From assembly GCA_002071175.1 (NCBI GenBank), contig MWER01000013.1, forward strand, positions 71,412-135,411: a stretch of DNA of 64,000 bases. The letters are read 5' to 3'. Position 1 is the stretch's first letter; the number at the start of each line of letters is the position of its first letter. Made by a program: the position numbers and the translations under genes. Shown in pieces: positions 37,001 through 45,048 of this stretch. The notes under the pieces are model-generated. The model saw nothing but the letters and a program-made list of their open reading frames with translations. It was not told the DNA's origin and made no database searches. This DNA comes from Bacteroidetes bacterium ADurb.Bin037 (lineage in GTDB: Bacteria; Bacteroidota; Bacteroidia; Bacteroidales; UBA932).

Positions 37001-37696
37001 AGGGCGGTCCGGAAATTTAGGGACAAAAAATCGGTGATCCGCAGGGCCTTTGATAAAGGCACAGTTATCCTTGTAGGCAGATACGATCAGGTTGGGATTC
37101 TGTGCAGAAGTTTTCTTTATCAGTTCAAACAGGGTATGGGGCTGTTTTTCCCCGTCCAGAATAAACGTACCGTTGAAAATCTTGTGACGGCAATGTTCCG
37201 AATTCACCTGTGAAAACCCAAAGATCTCCGAATCGGTCAGCAACCTGCCCAGACGGTCAGACAGATCTTCCAGGTATTGTATTTCTTCAGCGTTTAATGC
37301 CAAACCTTCCTGAAGATCGTATGCCTGGATATCGTTTATTTCCCTTATAGGTTCGGGGATCCTTCCCGTTTCAAAAACATGCTCATCCAGACCATGATAC
37401 ATTTCCCGCAACATCGCGTCATACGGCTCATTTTCCCGGACAGGAAAAAATTCTTCGATCCTTACCAGTCCCGTAATATTCATATTCTGACATATCTCTA
37501 CGGCTACGGTACTCCATGGGGAGACCATTTCCCGGCGCGGTCCAATGAACCAACCCTTCAGGAAAGGGTCGTCAGGAGAGGCAGGAAGAGCTCCGTCAAA
37601 AAGCCATGAAAGGGCTTCCACCTGTGTATCAGGCAATGGTCCTTCCGTCTGAAGCACCAATACACGGGAGCGGTCGTTCAGAAAAAAAAGTATCAT
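33983..37696 (-). CDS. purL: Phosphoribosylformylglycinamidine synthase (single-chain large PurL)
   Basis: 1237 aa. FGAM synthase core (SEHCRHKIF, ETHNFPTTIEPFNGAATG) and a C-terminal glutaminase (GVCNGCQ...HPER). The 3' end overlaps the convergent 32143..34014 CDS by 32 nt. Confidence 0.95.
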   Translation of the reverse strand: MILFFLNDRSRVLVLQTEGPLPDTQVEALSWLFDGALPASPDDPFLKGWFIGPRREMVSPWSTVAVEICQNMNITGLVRIEEFFPVRENEPYDAMLREMYHGLDEHVFETGRIPEPIREINDIQAYDLQEGLALNAEEIQYLEDLSDRLGRLLTDSEIFGFSQVNSEHCRHKIFNGTFILDGEKQPHTLFELIKKTSAQNPNLIVSAYKDNCAFIKGPADHRFFVPKFPDRPGNFRIVRNDTVISLKAETHNFPTTIEPFNGAATGSGGEIRDRIAGGKAAFPIAGTAVYMTSYPRIGSGLQREQAREWLYHSPEDILTKASDGASDFGNKFGQPLICGSLLCFEHIGSAHRFGYDKVIMLAGGIGFARLKDALKEKPRKGDKIVLLGGDNYRIGMGGGAVSSVDTGQYGHVIELNAVQRSNPEMQKRVYNAIRALAENDVNPVISIHDHGAGGHLNCLSELVDEAGGKVDIDQLPLGDPTLSAKEIIGNESQERMGLVMAPADIPLLQDIAARERAPMYVIGEITGDGRFTFESSRTGEKAIDLALKDMFGSVPRTLMEDVTDDPVFESFSCEQDNAALKDYAEKVMQLESVACKDWLTNKVDRSVTGWVAGQQCVGELQLPLNDYGLTAIGYVPSSKGFSGIVASLGHAPVPGLIDPAAGSRLAISEALTNLVFVRLENGLRDVSLSANWMWPCRNRGEDARLYRAVKAASDFACQLGINIPTGKDSLSMTQKYPDGTKVLSPGTVIITAVAPVPDVRRKVCPVIDLKDPGSVLLLIDLSGREVNQYHLGGSALAQCLGKIGAGCPDVEDPQVFKRGFEAIQSLIAQGTVLSGHDISAGGLLTCLLEMCFANVRGGICLRENVLSDIAGTDRAAALFAEYPGVVLQIRSDKIPQALGLLLQENVKTWILGSPCPERKIFVDQTLSFDIDKLRELWFRPSYLMDIRQSGPEKARERFERFGKTPLQFQFPGWFNGRMEVRDKIPKGPFPQAAIIREKGSQCDREMAWMLYLAGFEVRDVHTTDLISGRETLDDVRLIVFVGGFSNADTLGSAKGWAGAFLYNSKAKEALDRFYARKDTLSLGVCNGCQLMAELGLITPSAPERSPKMLPNESGKFESGFVNVTVEESPSVFLRALQGSRLGIWIAHGEGRFHFPSSGEGYKVAMRYSYDTYPANPNGSSGGVAAVVSLCGRHLAMMPHPERCIYPWNWPFYPAHRTDDEVSPWLSMFIEARRFCSR

Positions 37697-37705
37697 AGTA
37701 GAAAA

Positions 37706-38467
37706 TTAATTGTGCAACAAATGAACGTACAGATAGATCTTGGCGGCTTTATTCAACGTATCTACGACATCGAACACTTCCAGTATGGAAGTACCCGTTC
37801 CCAGGACGCCGTGCCGTTCCCATAACATAAAACGGAAATCCTTAAGGTCTTTGATACTGGCCTTGGCCAATTCCACGGATCCGGGCATTTCATAAGGGAC
37901 CCAGGCCAATCCCCCGGGAAGACACATTTTGACTTCGGGATGCATTCTGTACAATGCCTCGGTGATCGCCTTAGTGCTTTGTAACTCCTTGAAGTGGGAA
38001 AGAGCTATCAATTCCGTAGGGTGTGTATGGAGAACAACCCTCCTGCGGGAAGACACCGGTTTTCCCTCCCGGATCGCTTCCCGTGCAAACATCTGATGCA
38101 TAAGCAGGTGAGAAGGCAACTCAATGGTAGGCGGAAGATTCTTGTCGGCAAGAATTTCAATACTTTTTCCTTCAGCCGATACCCGCGTAACGATCCCCTG
38201 ATCCATGGGATTCCTGGCTATATCCCGCATACGCGATCCTGCGCTGGTAACGTAATAATACTGATCCGCCAATTCAGGAACCGCATAAAACAGTGGGATC
38301 CTATTGATAACAGACAAGCTCCTGTTCTCATCCCCTATAAATTCAGTAATATTGACTGTAATGTTTCCGGCATTTCTTTCTGCCCAACCCTTTTGCCACA
38401 TATAATCGGCAACCTGGGCAATGTCATTGATTTGCATTTGCAACTGTCCGTTGTACCTCAGTATCAT
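37706..38467 (-). CDS. Class II aldolase/adducin-family protein (rhamnulose-1-phosphate aldolase-like)
   Basis: WAERNAGNITVNI and VVLHTHPTELIALSH (metal-binding His cluster). An alternative start is the MQINDI ATG 30 nt downstream. Confidence 0.75.
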   Translation of the reverse strand: MILRYNGQLQMQINDIAQVADYMWQKGWAERNAGNITVNITEFIGDENRSLSVINRIPLFYAVPELADQYYYVTSAGSRMRDIARNPMDQGIVTRVSAEGKSIEILADKNLPPTIELPSHLLMHQMFAREAIREGKPVSSRRRVVLHTHPTELIALSHFKELQSTKAITEALYRMHPEVKMCLPGGLAWVPYEMPGSVELAKASIKDLKDFRFMLWERHGVLGTGTSILEVFDVVDTLNKAAKIYLYVHLLHN

Positions 38468-38471
38468 TGAA

Positions 38472-39011
38472 TTAATTTTTAATAAGTAGACAAATTTTCA
38501 TTACAACCAGGTCAAGTGTCCTGTGGCTGTAGGTTTCAAAAGGGATCTTATTCCCTACCAGCAGGTCAATGATCTTTTCATCCAGGGCCAGGGATTGCTC
38601 CAGGTTGTGTATCCGTCCTTCCTGTTCAAAATAGGAAGTCCTCTGTATAAACAGGTTGAAATTATTGAAACGGTTAAAATTATCGATGATCTCCTCGCGG
38701 AAAGCATCCGATACATTTACCCCAAAAACCAAGCTGTTCAACAAGGTTGCATCGGTCACCACTACATCTACTTTCCCTACCAGCCTTTCCACACGGTGTG
38801 TCTGAACCTCAAAAATATGATGTTGATGAGGTTCGCTCCCGTCCAGAATGTCATACTTTTCATCCCATACCAGCTCCTTGGCATATTCAGAGACATACTC
38901 CGTCACCAAACGTTGTTTTTTGAGTTTACTCGCAATCTCCCAGGCACAAGTGGTCTTGCCCGATGCAGGACCTCCAAAAAGATTGACAATCAATGTGTCT
39001 TTGGATGGCAT
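38472..39011 (-). CDS. Small P-loop ATPase/kinase-like protein (AAA_28/NadR-kinase-like)
   Basis: Start at MPSKDTLIVNLFGGPASGKTT (Walker A). 179 aa, with VVVTDATLL as a Walker B-like segment. Confidence 0.55.
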   Translation of the reverse strand: MPSKDTLIVNLFGGPASGKTTCAWEIASKLKKQRLVTEYVSEYAKELVWDEKYDILDGSEPHQHHIFEVQTHRVERLVGKVDVVVTDATLLNSLVFGVNVSDAFREEIIDNFNRFNNFNLFIQRTSYFEQEGRIHNLEQSLALDEKIIDLLVGNKIPFETYSHRTLDLVVMKICLLIKN

Positions 39012-39040
39012 TATCATAGTATTGCGAAACAACAAATATA

Positions 39041-41053
39041 CTATTTTTTTAGATAGGAATACGGCAGTCTTTCATTTCTAAAGGTCCTCCCACGGACCGG
39101 AGCCGACGTCATACTAAACTCAAGGACTCCTCCCTGCATGATCTGCTGGTGTGAGATAAATGACGTATTCAGCACTTTCCCATTCCATTTGACTTCCTTT
39201 ACATAAATATTCCTGTCTGTCAGATGAGGGGCTTCAATGGTCAGGACTTTTCCGTTTTCCAGCCGTACGGTCATCTTTTTAAAATAAGGCACGCCCAGTA
39301 CATATTGATCCGTGGCGGGACACAACGGATACAACCCCATCGCTGAAAATACGAACCAGGCAGGGGAACCCTCTTTCAAGTCATATGCATCCATCATTTC
39401 CCTGATCAGTTGCTGACCTTTCCACGGAGCTCCGGTCCACAGATAAAGGTACGGAAGTTCATTAAAACGGTCCGTGGAATCGAGGCGTTTCTCAAAAGCC
39501 TTTCTTCCGCCGACACGTTCCACAACGTCGGCCATATTATGGGGAATGTACAACAGATCATCACGATGTAGCAGCGAATCGGGATCTTCATACCAGGAAA
39601 GGTCCCTATTCCGCTGACGTGCATAGCCGGTTTTCGGTTCCAACAGCCATTGATACGAAGTGACCATGGGACGCATTCGGTTGACCATATTAAAGTCTCC
39701 GTCACTGCCGGCCATTGTTGTCAGGCACCAGTACTCATAGGATAGTTTACGTGTCAGGGATAGGGATGAACCGGCAGCAGATGCGGGAACAAAACCGACT
39801 TCCTGCATAATGGAAATCACCGGTTCGTAAGCGCTTGTTACGGTATGGTAAATTGCATCCAGAAGCCTGGGAATCAGGGATGAAGGCAAAATACCTTTCG
39901 CATGTGCATCGGTCAGCAGGGTAACGGCCGGATGGCGTGCCCCTTCGCCCGGCAGGAGCTTCAGGACATTTCTGTCGTAATAGGCAAGCATGGAAGCCAC
40001 AAACTGGCGGCTTCTTTCAGGCTTGAGTAGCGTCATTAACGAATAACCGGCCGGATCTGCCGGAAAGAGTGACGTATAATTGAGATGAAAGTCGGACTCA
40101 TATATATTGTTGTCGTTGCCCCGGAACCTTCCATCCGTATCGTGAGCGAGTGAAGGATGTAACATCGTTGCATACAATGCCCGGTAAACAAGTGCCCTGC
40201 GCTTTTCCAAAAGCTCATTGCCCATAGGTTCATCAATCGTTATGACATCCATTTCCCTTTCCCATCTCTGGGCGGCATCCCACTTCAGTGCCTCAAAGCT
40301 CTTTCCGTCCTGTTCTGCCTTCAGGTTGTTTAATGCACCCAACGCATCTACGGAAGAAAAAGCGATCTGAACTTCAAGCACTCCGTCGTCAACATACTGT
40401 ATTTCTCCCTTAAACAGGTCAAATTCAAAAACAGCCGAAAGATCCTTTCCGCGCAGGAGGGGATAGTTTTCAGGTCCGTTTTCTCCTTCAACTGCGTAAA
40501 ACCGTTTTACCGGCCTCGAAAAACGTATGGCAAAGAACATGTGGGCCGTATTCCACTTCCCACGTCTGATACAAGAACCGGTCACAACATGTTGGTCCGT
40601 CACCCTGATCTCTGTCCATAAAAATTCGTTGTCCGGATCTTCTTTGCCACCGGTCAGATCCACCAGGATCTTCCCTTCCCTTCCGGGTAATCCCTCTTCC
40701 CTGAAAAAGGCATATCTGTGCATGGCTCCCCTTGGCGTGGCCGTGATCTGGATGTGTATGACCGGTTCCGTTGTTCCGGCTGAAAAGAACCCGGGCTGCT
40801 CCAGGATGCTCCCTTCCTCTATAGGCAACGGTCCGGTCGAAGGGACAATGCCCAAACTGCCGTATTCCCGTTCAGAACTTATATTAAAAAACCGGTGTTC
40901 AATAGAAGACAAGGTTCCCGGCAGATGTTCCGGAAAACCAACCGACACGCTAACCGAACCAAACGGGACAGCAACTTCCCTGGTATGATCTTTTGCGACA
41001 AGCAGCCAGGGTAAAAAGGAGGCTGCAATAAAAAACACCAAACGTCTTATCAT
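39041..41053 (-). CDS. Secreted GH92-like (alpha-mannosidase family) protein with apparently degenerate catalytic motifs
   Basis: Signal peptide MIRRLVFFIAASFLPWLLVA. GH92-like blocks HRYAF, FFAIRFSRP, GFVP, YIPHNMADVVERVGGRKAFEKRLD, LPYLYLWTGAPWKGQQLIREMM, WFVFSAMGLYPLCPATDQYVLGVPYF. See the matching finding. Confidence 0.55.
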   Translation of the reverse strand: MIRRLVFFIAASFLPWLLVAKDHTREVAVPFGSVSVSVGFPEHLPGTLSSIEHRFFNISSEREYGSLGIVPSTGPLPIEEGSILEQPGFFSAGTTEPVIHIQITATPRGAMHRYAFFREEGLPGREGKILVDLTGGKEDPDNEFLWTEIRVTDQHVVTGSCIRRGKWNTAHMFFAIRFSRPVKRFYAVEGENGPENYPLLRGKDLSAVFEFDLFKGEIQYVDDGVLEVQIAFSSVDALGALNNLKAEQDGKSFEALKWDAAQRWEREMDVITIDEPMGNELLEKRRALVYRALYATMLHPSLAHDTDGRFRGNDNNIYESDFHLNYTSLFPADPAGYSLMTLLKPERSRQFVASMLAYYDRNVLKLLPGEGARHPAVTLLTDAHAKGILPSSLIPRLLDAIYHTVTSAYEPVISIMQEVGFVPASAAGSSLSLTRKLSYEYWCLTTMAGSDGDFNMVNRMRPMVTSYQWLLEPKTGYARQRNRDLSWYEDPDSLLHRDDLLYIPHNMADVVERVGGRKAFEKRLDSTDRFNELPYLYLWTGAPWKGQQLIREMMDAYDLKEGSPAWFVFSAMGLYPLCPATDQYVLGVPYFKKMTVRLENGKVLTIEAPHLTDRNIYVKEVKWNGKVLNTSFISHQQIMQGGVLEFSMTSAPVRGRTFRNERLPYSYLKK

Positions 41054-42165
41054 ACTTCCGTCAGGGTATAAGTGCGCGATCCGAGTTTCATTTTACTGGC
41101 ATGGGAAAGTCCGAACTCCCCGTCTGTGCGGGGATGAACGCAACTAAACTTATCCTCTCCCTCCAGTGTACAGGTACTTTCAGGATCGGCCATACTGCCC
41201 GGTACGGCCCGTGCCGATTTGACCATATCGAAACAAGCCTGGTCCAAGGCCAGCGGATCGAAAGAGGCCAGCATCCCGATATCGGGCACTATAGGCGTAT
41301 CATTCATACTCCAGCAATCGCAGTGAGGCGATACCGTCATAATGAAGCTCACGTGAAAATGTTCTTTCCCCTGCAATACGGCCCAGGCATATTCGGAGAT
41401 CTTGGCCGTAAGGCCCTGGGTTGTGGAATAAGCTCCTGCACGGGCCGCATCATACTGGCACACGGCAACACATTGCCCGCAACCTACACATAGATCGTAG
41501 TTGATCACTGCAGTCTTTTGCGTATCGAGGGTCACTGCCCCATGGCGGCAATTTTTTACACACTGACGACAGCCCGTACAATTGTTTTTTTCTATCACCG
41601 GTTTTGAATCCGAGTGAAGATGCAGTTTTCCCGCTACGCTGGCGCATCCCATCCCAATATTTTTCAAAGTTCCTCCAAATCCCGACATTTCATGGCCTTT
41701 AAAATGTGTCATGGTCACCAGTACATCCGCTTTGGCAATACCCGATGCAATAAGGGCTTCCTTGCAATACTCCCCTTGGGGGATCGGGACGGTCACTTCG
41801 TCGGTACCTTTCAATCCGTCGGCAATGATCACCGGAGCTCCGGGCACGCTTATGGGATTGTAACCGTTCAAAAATGCCGTACGCAAATGATCTACGGCAT
41901 TGGAGCGGGAACCGCTGTAAAGCGTATTGGTGTCCGTCAAAAATGTCCTGGCACCCATCTGCCTTAGCAATTCCACCATCCTGGCAGCATAATTGTGACG
42001 CAAAAAGGCCATGTTCCCTAATTCCCCAAAATGGATCTTGATGGCTGTAAATTTATCTCTACAGTCAAGCGTTCCTATCCCGGCAGCCTTGACCAGGAGT
42101 TCCATTTTTTTTGGCAGGCTCCTGCCCGGGCGTGATCTGAAATTAGTAAAAAAGACTTCGCTCAT
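41050..42165 (-). CDS. DUF362-domain protein with inserted 2x[4Fe-4S] ferredoxin module
   Basis: CTGCRQCVKNCRHGAV and CVGCGQCVAVCQYDA. N-terminus MSEVFFTNFRSRPGRSL..IKIHFGE is typical of DUF362. The stop overlaps the next gene's start. Confidence 0.7.
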   Translation of the reverse strand: MSEVFFTNFRSRPGRSLPKKMELLVKAAGIGTLDCRDKFTAIKIHFGELGNMAFLRHNYAARMVELLRQMGARTFLTDTNTLYSGSRSNAVDHLRTAFLNGYNPISVPGAPVIIADGLKGTDEVTVPIPQGEYCKEALIASGIAKADVLVTMTHFKGHEMSGFGGTLKNIGMGCASVAGKLHLHSDSKPVIEKNNCTGCRQCVKNCRHGAVTLDTQKTAVINYDLCVGCGQCVAVCQYDAARAGAYSTTQGLTAKISEYAWAVLQGKEHFHVSFIMTVSPHCDCWSMNDTPIVPDIGMLASFDPLALDQACFDMVKSARAVPGSMADPESTCTLEGEDKFSCVHPRTDGEFGLSHASKMKLGSRTYTLTEV

Positions 42166-42237
42166 ACCGTTGTGTTTTCAGGGAACTAAGATAGCAAGAT
42201 TTTATGTATCTTTAAGGAATAAATAACTTGTCCGATA

Positions 42238-42444
42238 ATGAAAACAGTAGCGGAATGCAATACGCTCTTCCAGGCTGAAGTTATAAAAGGGAACCTGGAA
42301 AACGAAGGATTTCATCCTGTCATTTTCGACAATAGCATGAACTCATTCCTGCCCCTAAATATAACGTACGGGAAAAACCTTGTCCATGTCCGTGTTCCCG
42401 ATGAAGAATACGAACCGGTAAAAAAGTACCTGGAAAACAGCTGA
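42238..42444 (+). CDS. DUF2007-like small protein (putative signal-transducing, PII-like fold)
   Basis: 68 aa. ...FQAEVIKGNLENEGFHPVIFDN... resembles DUF2007. Weak evidence. Confidence 0.45.
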   Translation: MKTVAECNTLFQAEVIKGNLENEGFHPVIFDNSMNSFLPLNITYGKNLVHVRVPDEEYEPVKKYLENS

Positions 42445-42479
42445 CCGGGATCAATAGTGATCTTAACCGGTATGTTCCC

Positions 42480-43430
42480 TCAAGAAGCCCTGTCTACCAG
42501 TTCCAGCACATCCAGGCTTCTTTGGTGTGTATTGACGGCAGATTCTTTAGCGCCCGATTCAATAACGTCTATAAATTCCTTCACTTGGTAATACATCTCG
42601 TCCGCAATAGTCGGCACTGAAAGCTCCGTTGCAGTCCCGTCCCGCATGACCAGCACGGGGTCTTCCATGGTGGAAAGCTTGCCGATGAGTATCCTTCCGT
42701 TTTCCCCCTGGATCTCCGATGGCAGAAAAGAATCGGATATCTTGGAAAATACCACCACAGCTTCCATTTCAGGATAACCCATCAACACCGAACCTTGTCC
42801 GTCCACTCCGGTGGACAGGAGCATCTTCGAGGTTTGCAGTTGCCGGGGCATGCCAAAGAGATGGACTACCAGGGCCAGGCCGTAAACACCCAGATCCCGC
42901 AACGCCCCGCCACCCATTCCGGACTGAAAAACATTGCTTACCACCCCCTTTTTAAAATTGTCATAGCGCGATGAATACTGGCAGAACTGCACAAAAACCC
43001 TTCTGACGGTCCCGATACACGGTAGCGTTTCCTTTACCCGGAAGAAATTGGGCAACAAGGTAGTTTTCATAGCTTCCATCAACACCACCCCATAGCGGCG
43101 GGCTGCCACGATCATGGCCTTCCCCTCTAAGAATGAGGGTGCCAGCGGCTTTTCACAAAGCACATGTTTTCCGTGTTCCATCATCAGAATGGCTTGTGGA
43201 GCATGGAAAATATTGGGAGAAGCTATGTAAACGGCATCTACCTGCGGACAGGCAGCCAATGCTTCCAATGACGTAAAAGTCTGTTTTGCCCCGTGTTTGG
43301 CGGCAAATTCCGTGGCACGCTCCTGCGTACGCGAATAAACGGCCTGCAACTGAAAACGGGGATCGTGAGCGGCTCCCCTTAAAAAGGAATCCACGATCAC
43401 ATTGGAACCAATAGTGGCAAAACGGATCAT
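42480..43430 (-). CDS. Gfo/Idh/MocA-family oxidoreductase
   Basis: N-terminal Rossmann fold (MIRFATIGSNVIVDSFL), AVYIASPNIFH, and the EKP motif (VLCEKPLA). Confidence 0.85.
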   Translation of the reverse strand: MIRFATIGSNVIVDSFLRGAAHDPRFQLQAVYSRTQERATEFAAKHGAKQTFTSLEALAACPQVDAVYIASPNIFHAPQAILMMEHGKHVLCEKPLAPSFLEGKAMIVAARRYGVVLMEAMKTTLLPNFFRVKETLPCIGTVRRVFVQFCQYSSRYDNFKKGVVSNVFQSGMGGGALRDLGVYGLALVVHLFGMPRQLQTSKMLLSTGVDGQGSVLMGYPEMEAVVVFSKISDSFLPSEIQGENGRILIGKLSTMEDPVLVMRDGTATELSVPTIADEMYYQVKEFIDVIESGAKESAVNTHQRSLDVLELVDRAS

Positions 43431-43439
43431 AGAAAAAAG

Positions 43440-43514
43440 TGAGTTGTACTGGATTCGAACCAGTGACCCCTACCCTGTCAAGGTAGTGCTCTAAACCAGC
43501 TGAGCTAACAACTC
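43440..43514 (-). tRNA. tRNA-Val (anticodon GAC), CCA not encoded
   Basis: Manual fold of the reverse complement. Acceptor GAGTTGT/ACAACTC plus A. D-arm GCTC-AGCTGGTTTA-GAGC. Anticodon stem CTACC/GGTAG with loop TT-GAC-AG. T-arm ACTGG-TTCGAAT-CCAGT. Confidence 0.85.
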
Positions 43515-43551
43515 AAAATAAACGCGGGGCAAAAATACAAAAAAGAACCGA

Positions 43552-45048
43552 TTAATCAATACGCCGGAATTGCACCGGTTCCCTGTCCATGCCATTAGCA
43601 CGGCGTTCCAGTTCCCGTAGTTTCAATTTTACCGGGGCGGTTATCAATTCGGGACAATTGAAAGAACGGGTCAGCATCCCGTAAAAATGTACCGGGTCTT
43701 TCTGGGGCAAGAGGAACGGTTTTCCTACCCGGCCTTCACTGTCTATATAGCCGATATACGGCAATACCAGCAATCCGTCGTGACGGCGGCTGGAAAAGAC
43801 CACCCAATTGGAATTGCTGCTCCAGCTATGGTAACTTTCCACATCGGGACTGTTCCACTCTTCGAGCAATCGCCACGTTCCATCTTCCAGATCCAGCAGG
43901 GCCAGTTCGGAGGCCCGGTGATTGACCGGGAATGTACCAAAATCGAGGAGGGAAAAAAGCAGAAACCGTCCGTCAGGTGAAGGGACGGGCTGTGAAATGC
44001 TTTTCCCCATGGAAACGGCATCAATGACCGTATGGATCTCTTTTCCGGTCTTTCCTGTAAGCGGGTCAAAATCTACCCGGCACAGATTATACCTCAGATC
44101 CCTGTACTCAGAGGGCAGGTTCTTTTCTTTGGCCAGGCAAAAATAGAGGGAATGTCCGTCGGCCGAGAATTTAGGAAAGGTCTCAAATGCTCCGGTTGTC
44201 AGGTGGTCTCCGGCCAGGATGCAGTTCTCCTGTGTATCGTAGATCACAATGTCGGATACCAGGTCATAGACTTCCACCCTATCTTCGGAAGTCACGTGGA
44301 AGGACTGGTAGGTACGATTGAGCGAATAGGCAATGAAACGTCCCCCAGGATGCCAGGAAGGATAAGAAAAGGCTGTCGAAGTAGAGTCGCTGCGGCTGTC
44401 CAGGTAACGAAACGTTCCTTCTTTTTGCAGTACCGTAGCGCCTTTTTCTCCCCGCACGTGCAGGGTCAAATATTCGGGATCCCCTTGTTTAAACGAATGG
44501 CAATTTACACAGGTCTGCGGAATGAGGGTGTTTTCATAAATGGCCCGTGTCCGGAACGAGAACAGTTCCCGTTGATAAATATCTACTTTACTGTAGACTT
44601 CATACCCGGGAGCAATGTGGCGGTAAACCAATCCGTGGTCTATGGGCCGGTCGCTCACATATATGGTAAAAGAAGGGTATTTGTGCCATTTCTTCCCGGT
44701 CCGGCCGCGTACGGTTATCTGAAGGCTGTTTCCGGCATTTTTTTCCAGCAGTTGCTTCCACCGGCGCAGTGAAAAACGGATAACCCGTTTCCCGGAACCC
44801 TTCAAGACAGTCCCGTCAGTACCCACAACAACGGCTTCCAGGTAGCTGAACGTTTTTTCCACGGTGAAGTTCAACGGAGCAATATTTAACGGTACGGTTA
44901 CTTCCCGGTAATCGGGCCATATATTTGGCAGGGAATACTCGACGACTTCTTCCCCGGTGTAATGTCCGCAAGAAAAAACCGCACCCAAGGCCACTAAAAC
45001 CAAACTACGTTTTAGTAAAGAAAACATAATACCAATACGTTTTTCCAA
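43552..45048 (-). CDS. Lipoprotein with TolB/PD40-like beta-propeller repeats and a single CxxCH heme-binding motif
   Basis: Lipobox-like LVALGAVFSCG. CVNCHSF. Repeats WHPGGRFIAYSL, FSADGHSLYFCL, PSPDGRFLLFSL, WSSNSNWVVFSS. An alternative start is at 45027. Overlaps the upstream gene by 23-44 nt. Confidence 0.5.
   Translation of the reverse strand: MEKRIGIMFSLLKRSLVLVALGAVFSCGHYTGEEVVEYSLPNIWPDYREVTVPLNIAPLNFTVEKTFSYLEAVVVGTDGTVLKGSGKRVIRFSLRRWKQLLEKNAGNSLQITVRGRTGKKWHKYPSFTIYVSDRPIDHGLVYRHIAPGYEVYSKVDIYQRELFSFRTRAIYENTLIPQTCVNCHSFKQGDPEYLTLHVRGEKGATVLQKEGTFRYLDSRSDSTSTAFSYPSWHPGGRFIAYSLNRTYQSFHVTSEDRVEVYDLVSDIVIYDTQENCILAGDHLTTGAFETFPKFSADGHSLYFCLAKEKNLPSEYRDLRYNLCRVDFDPLTGKTGKEIHTVIDAVSMGKSISQPVPSPDGRFLLFSLLDFGTFPVNHRASELALLDLEDGTWRLLEEWNSPDVESYHSWSSNSNWVVFSSRRHDGLLVLPYIGYIDSEGRVGKPFLLPQKDPVHFYGMLTRSFNCPELITAPVKLKLRELERRANGMDREPVQFRRID

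Noticed and set aside
44032-44772. 246-aa plus-strand ORF; similar long antisense ORFs occur at 15478..16110, 16342..16857, 24079..25084, 25515..26150, 38523..39056 and 40527..40988
   Set aside because: Each lies opposite a gene with strong family signatures (beta-propeller lipoprotein, polA, Na/Pi transporter, RidA-like, P-loop ATPase, GH92-like). None shows motifs of its own. Such ORFs are typical of ~50% GC coding DNA.
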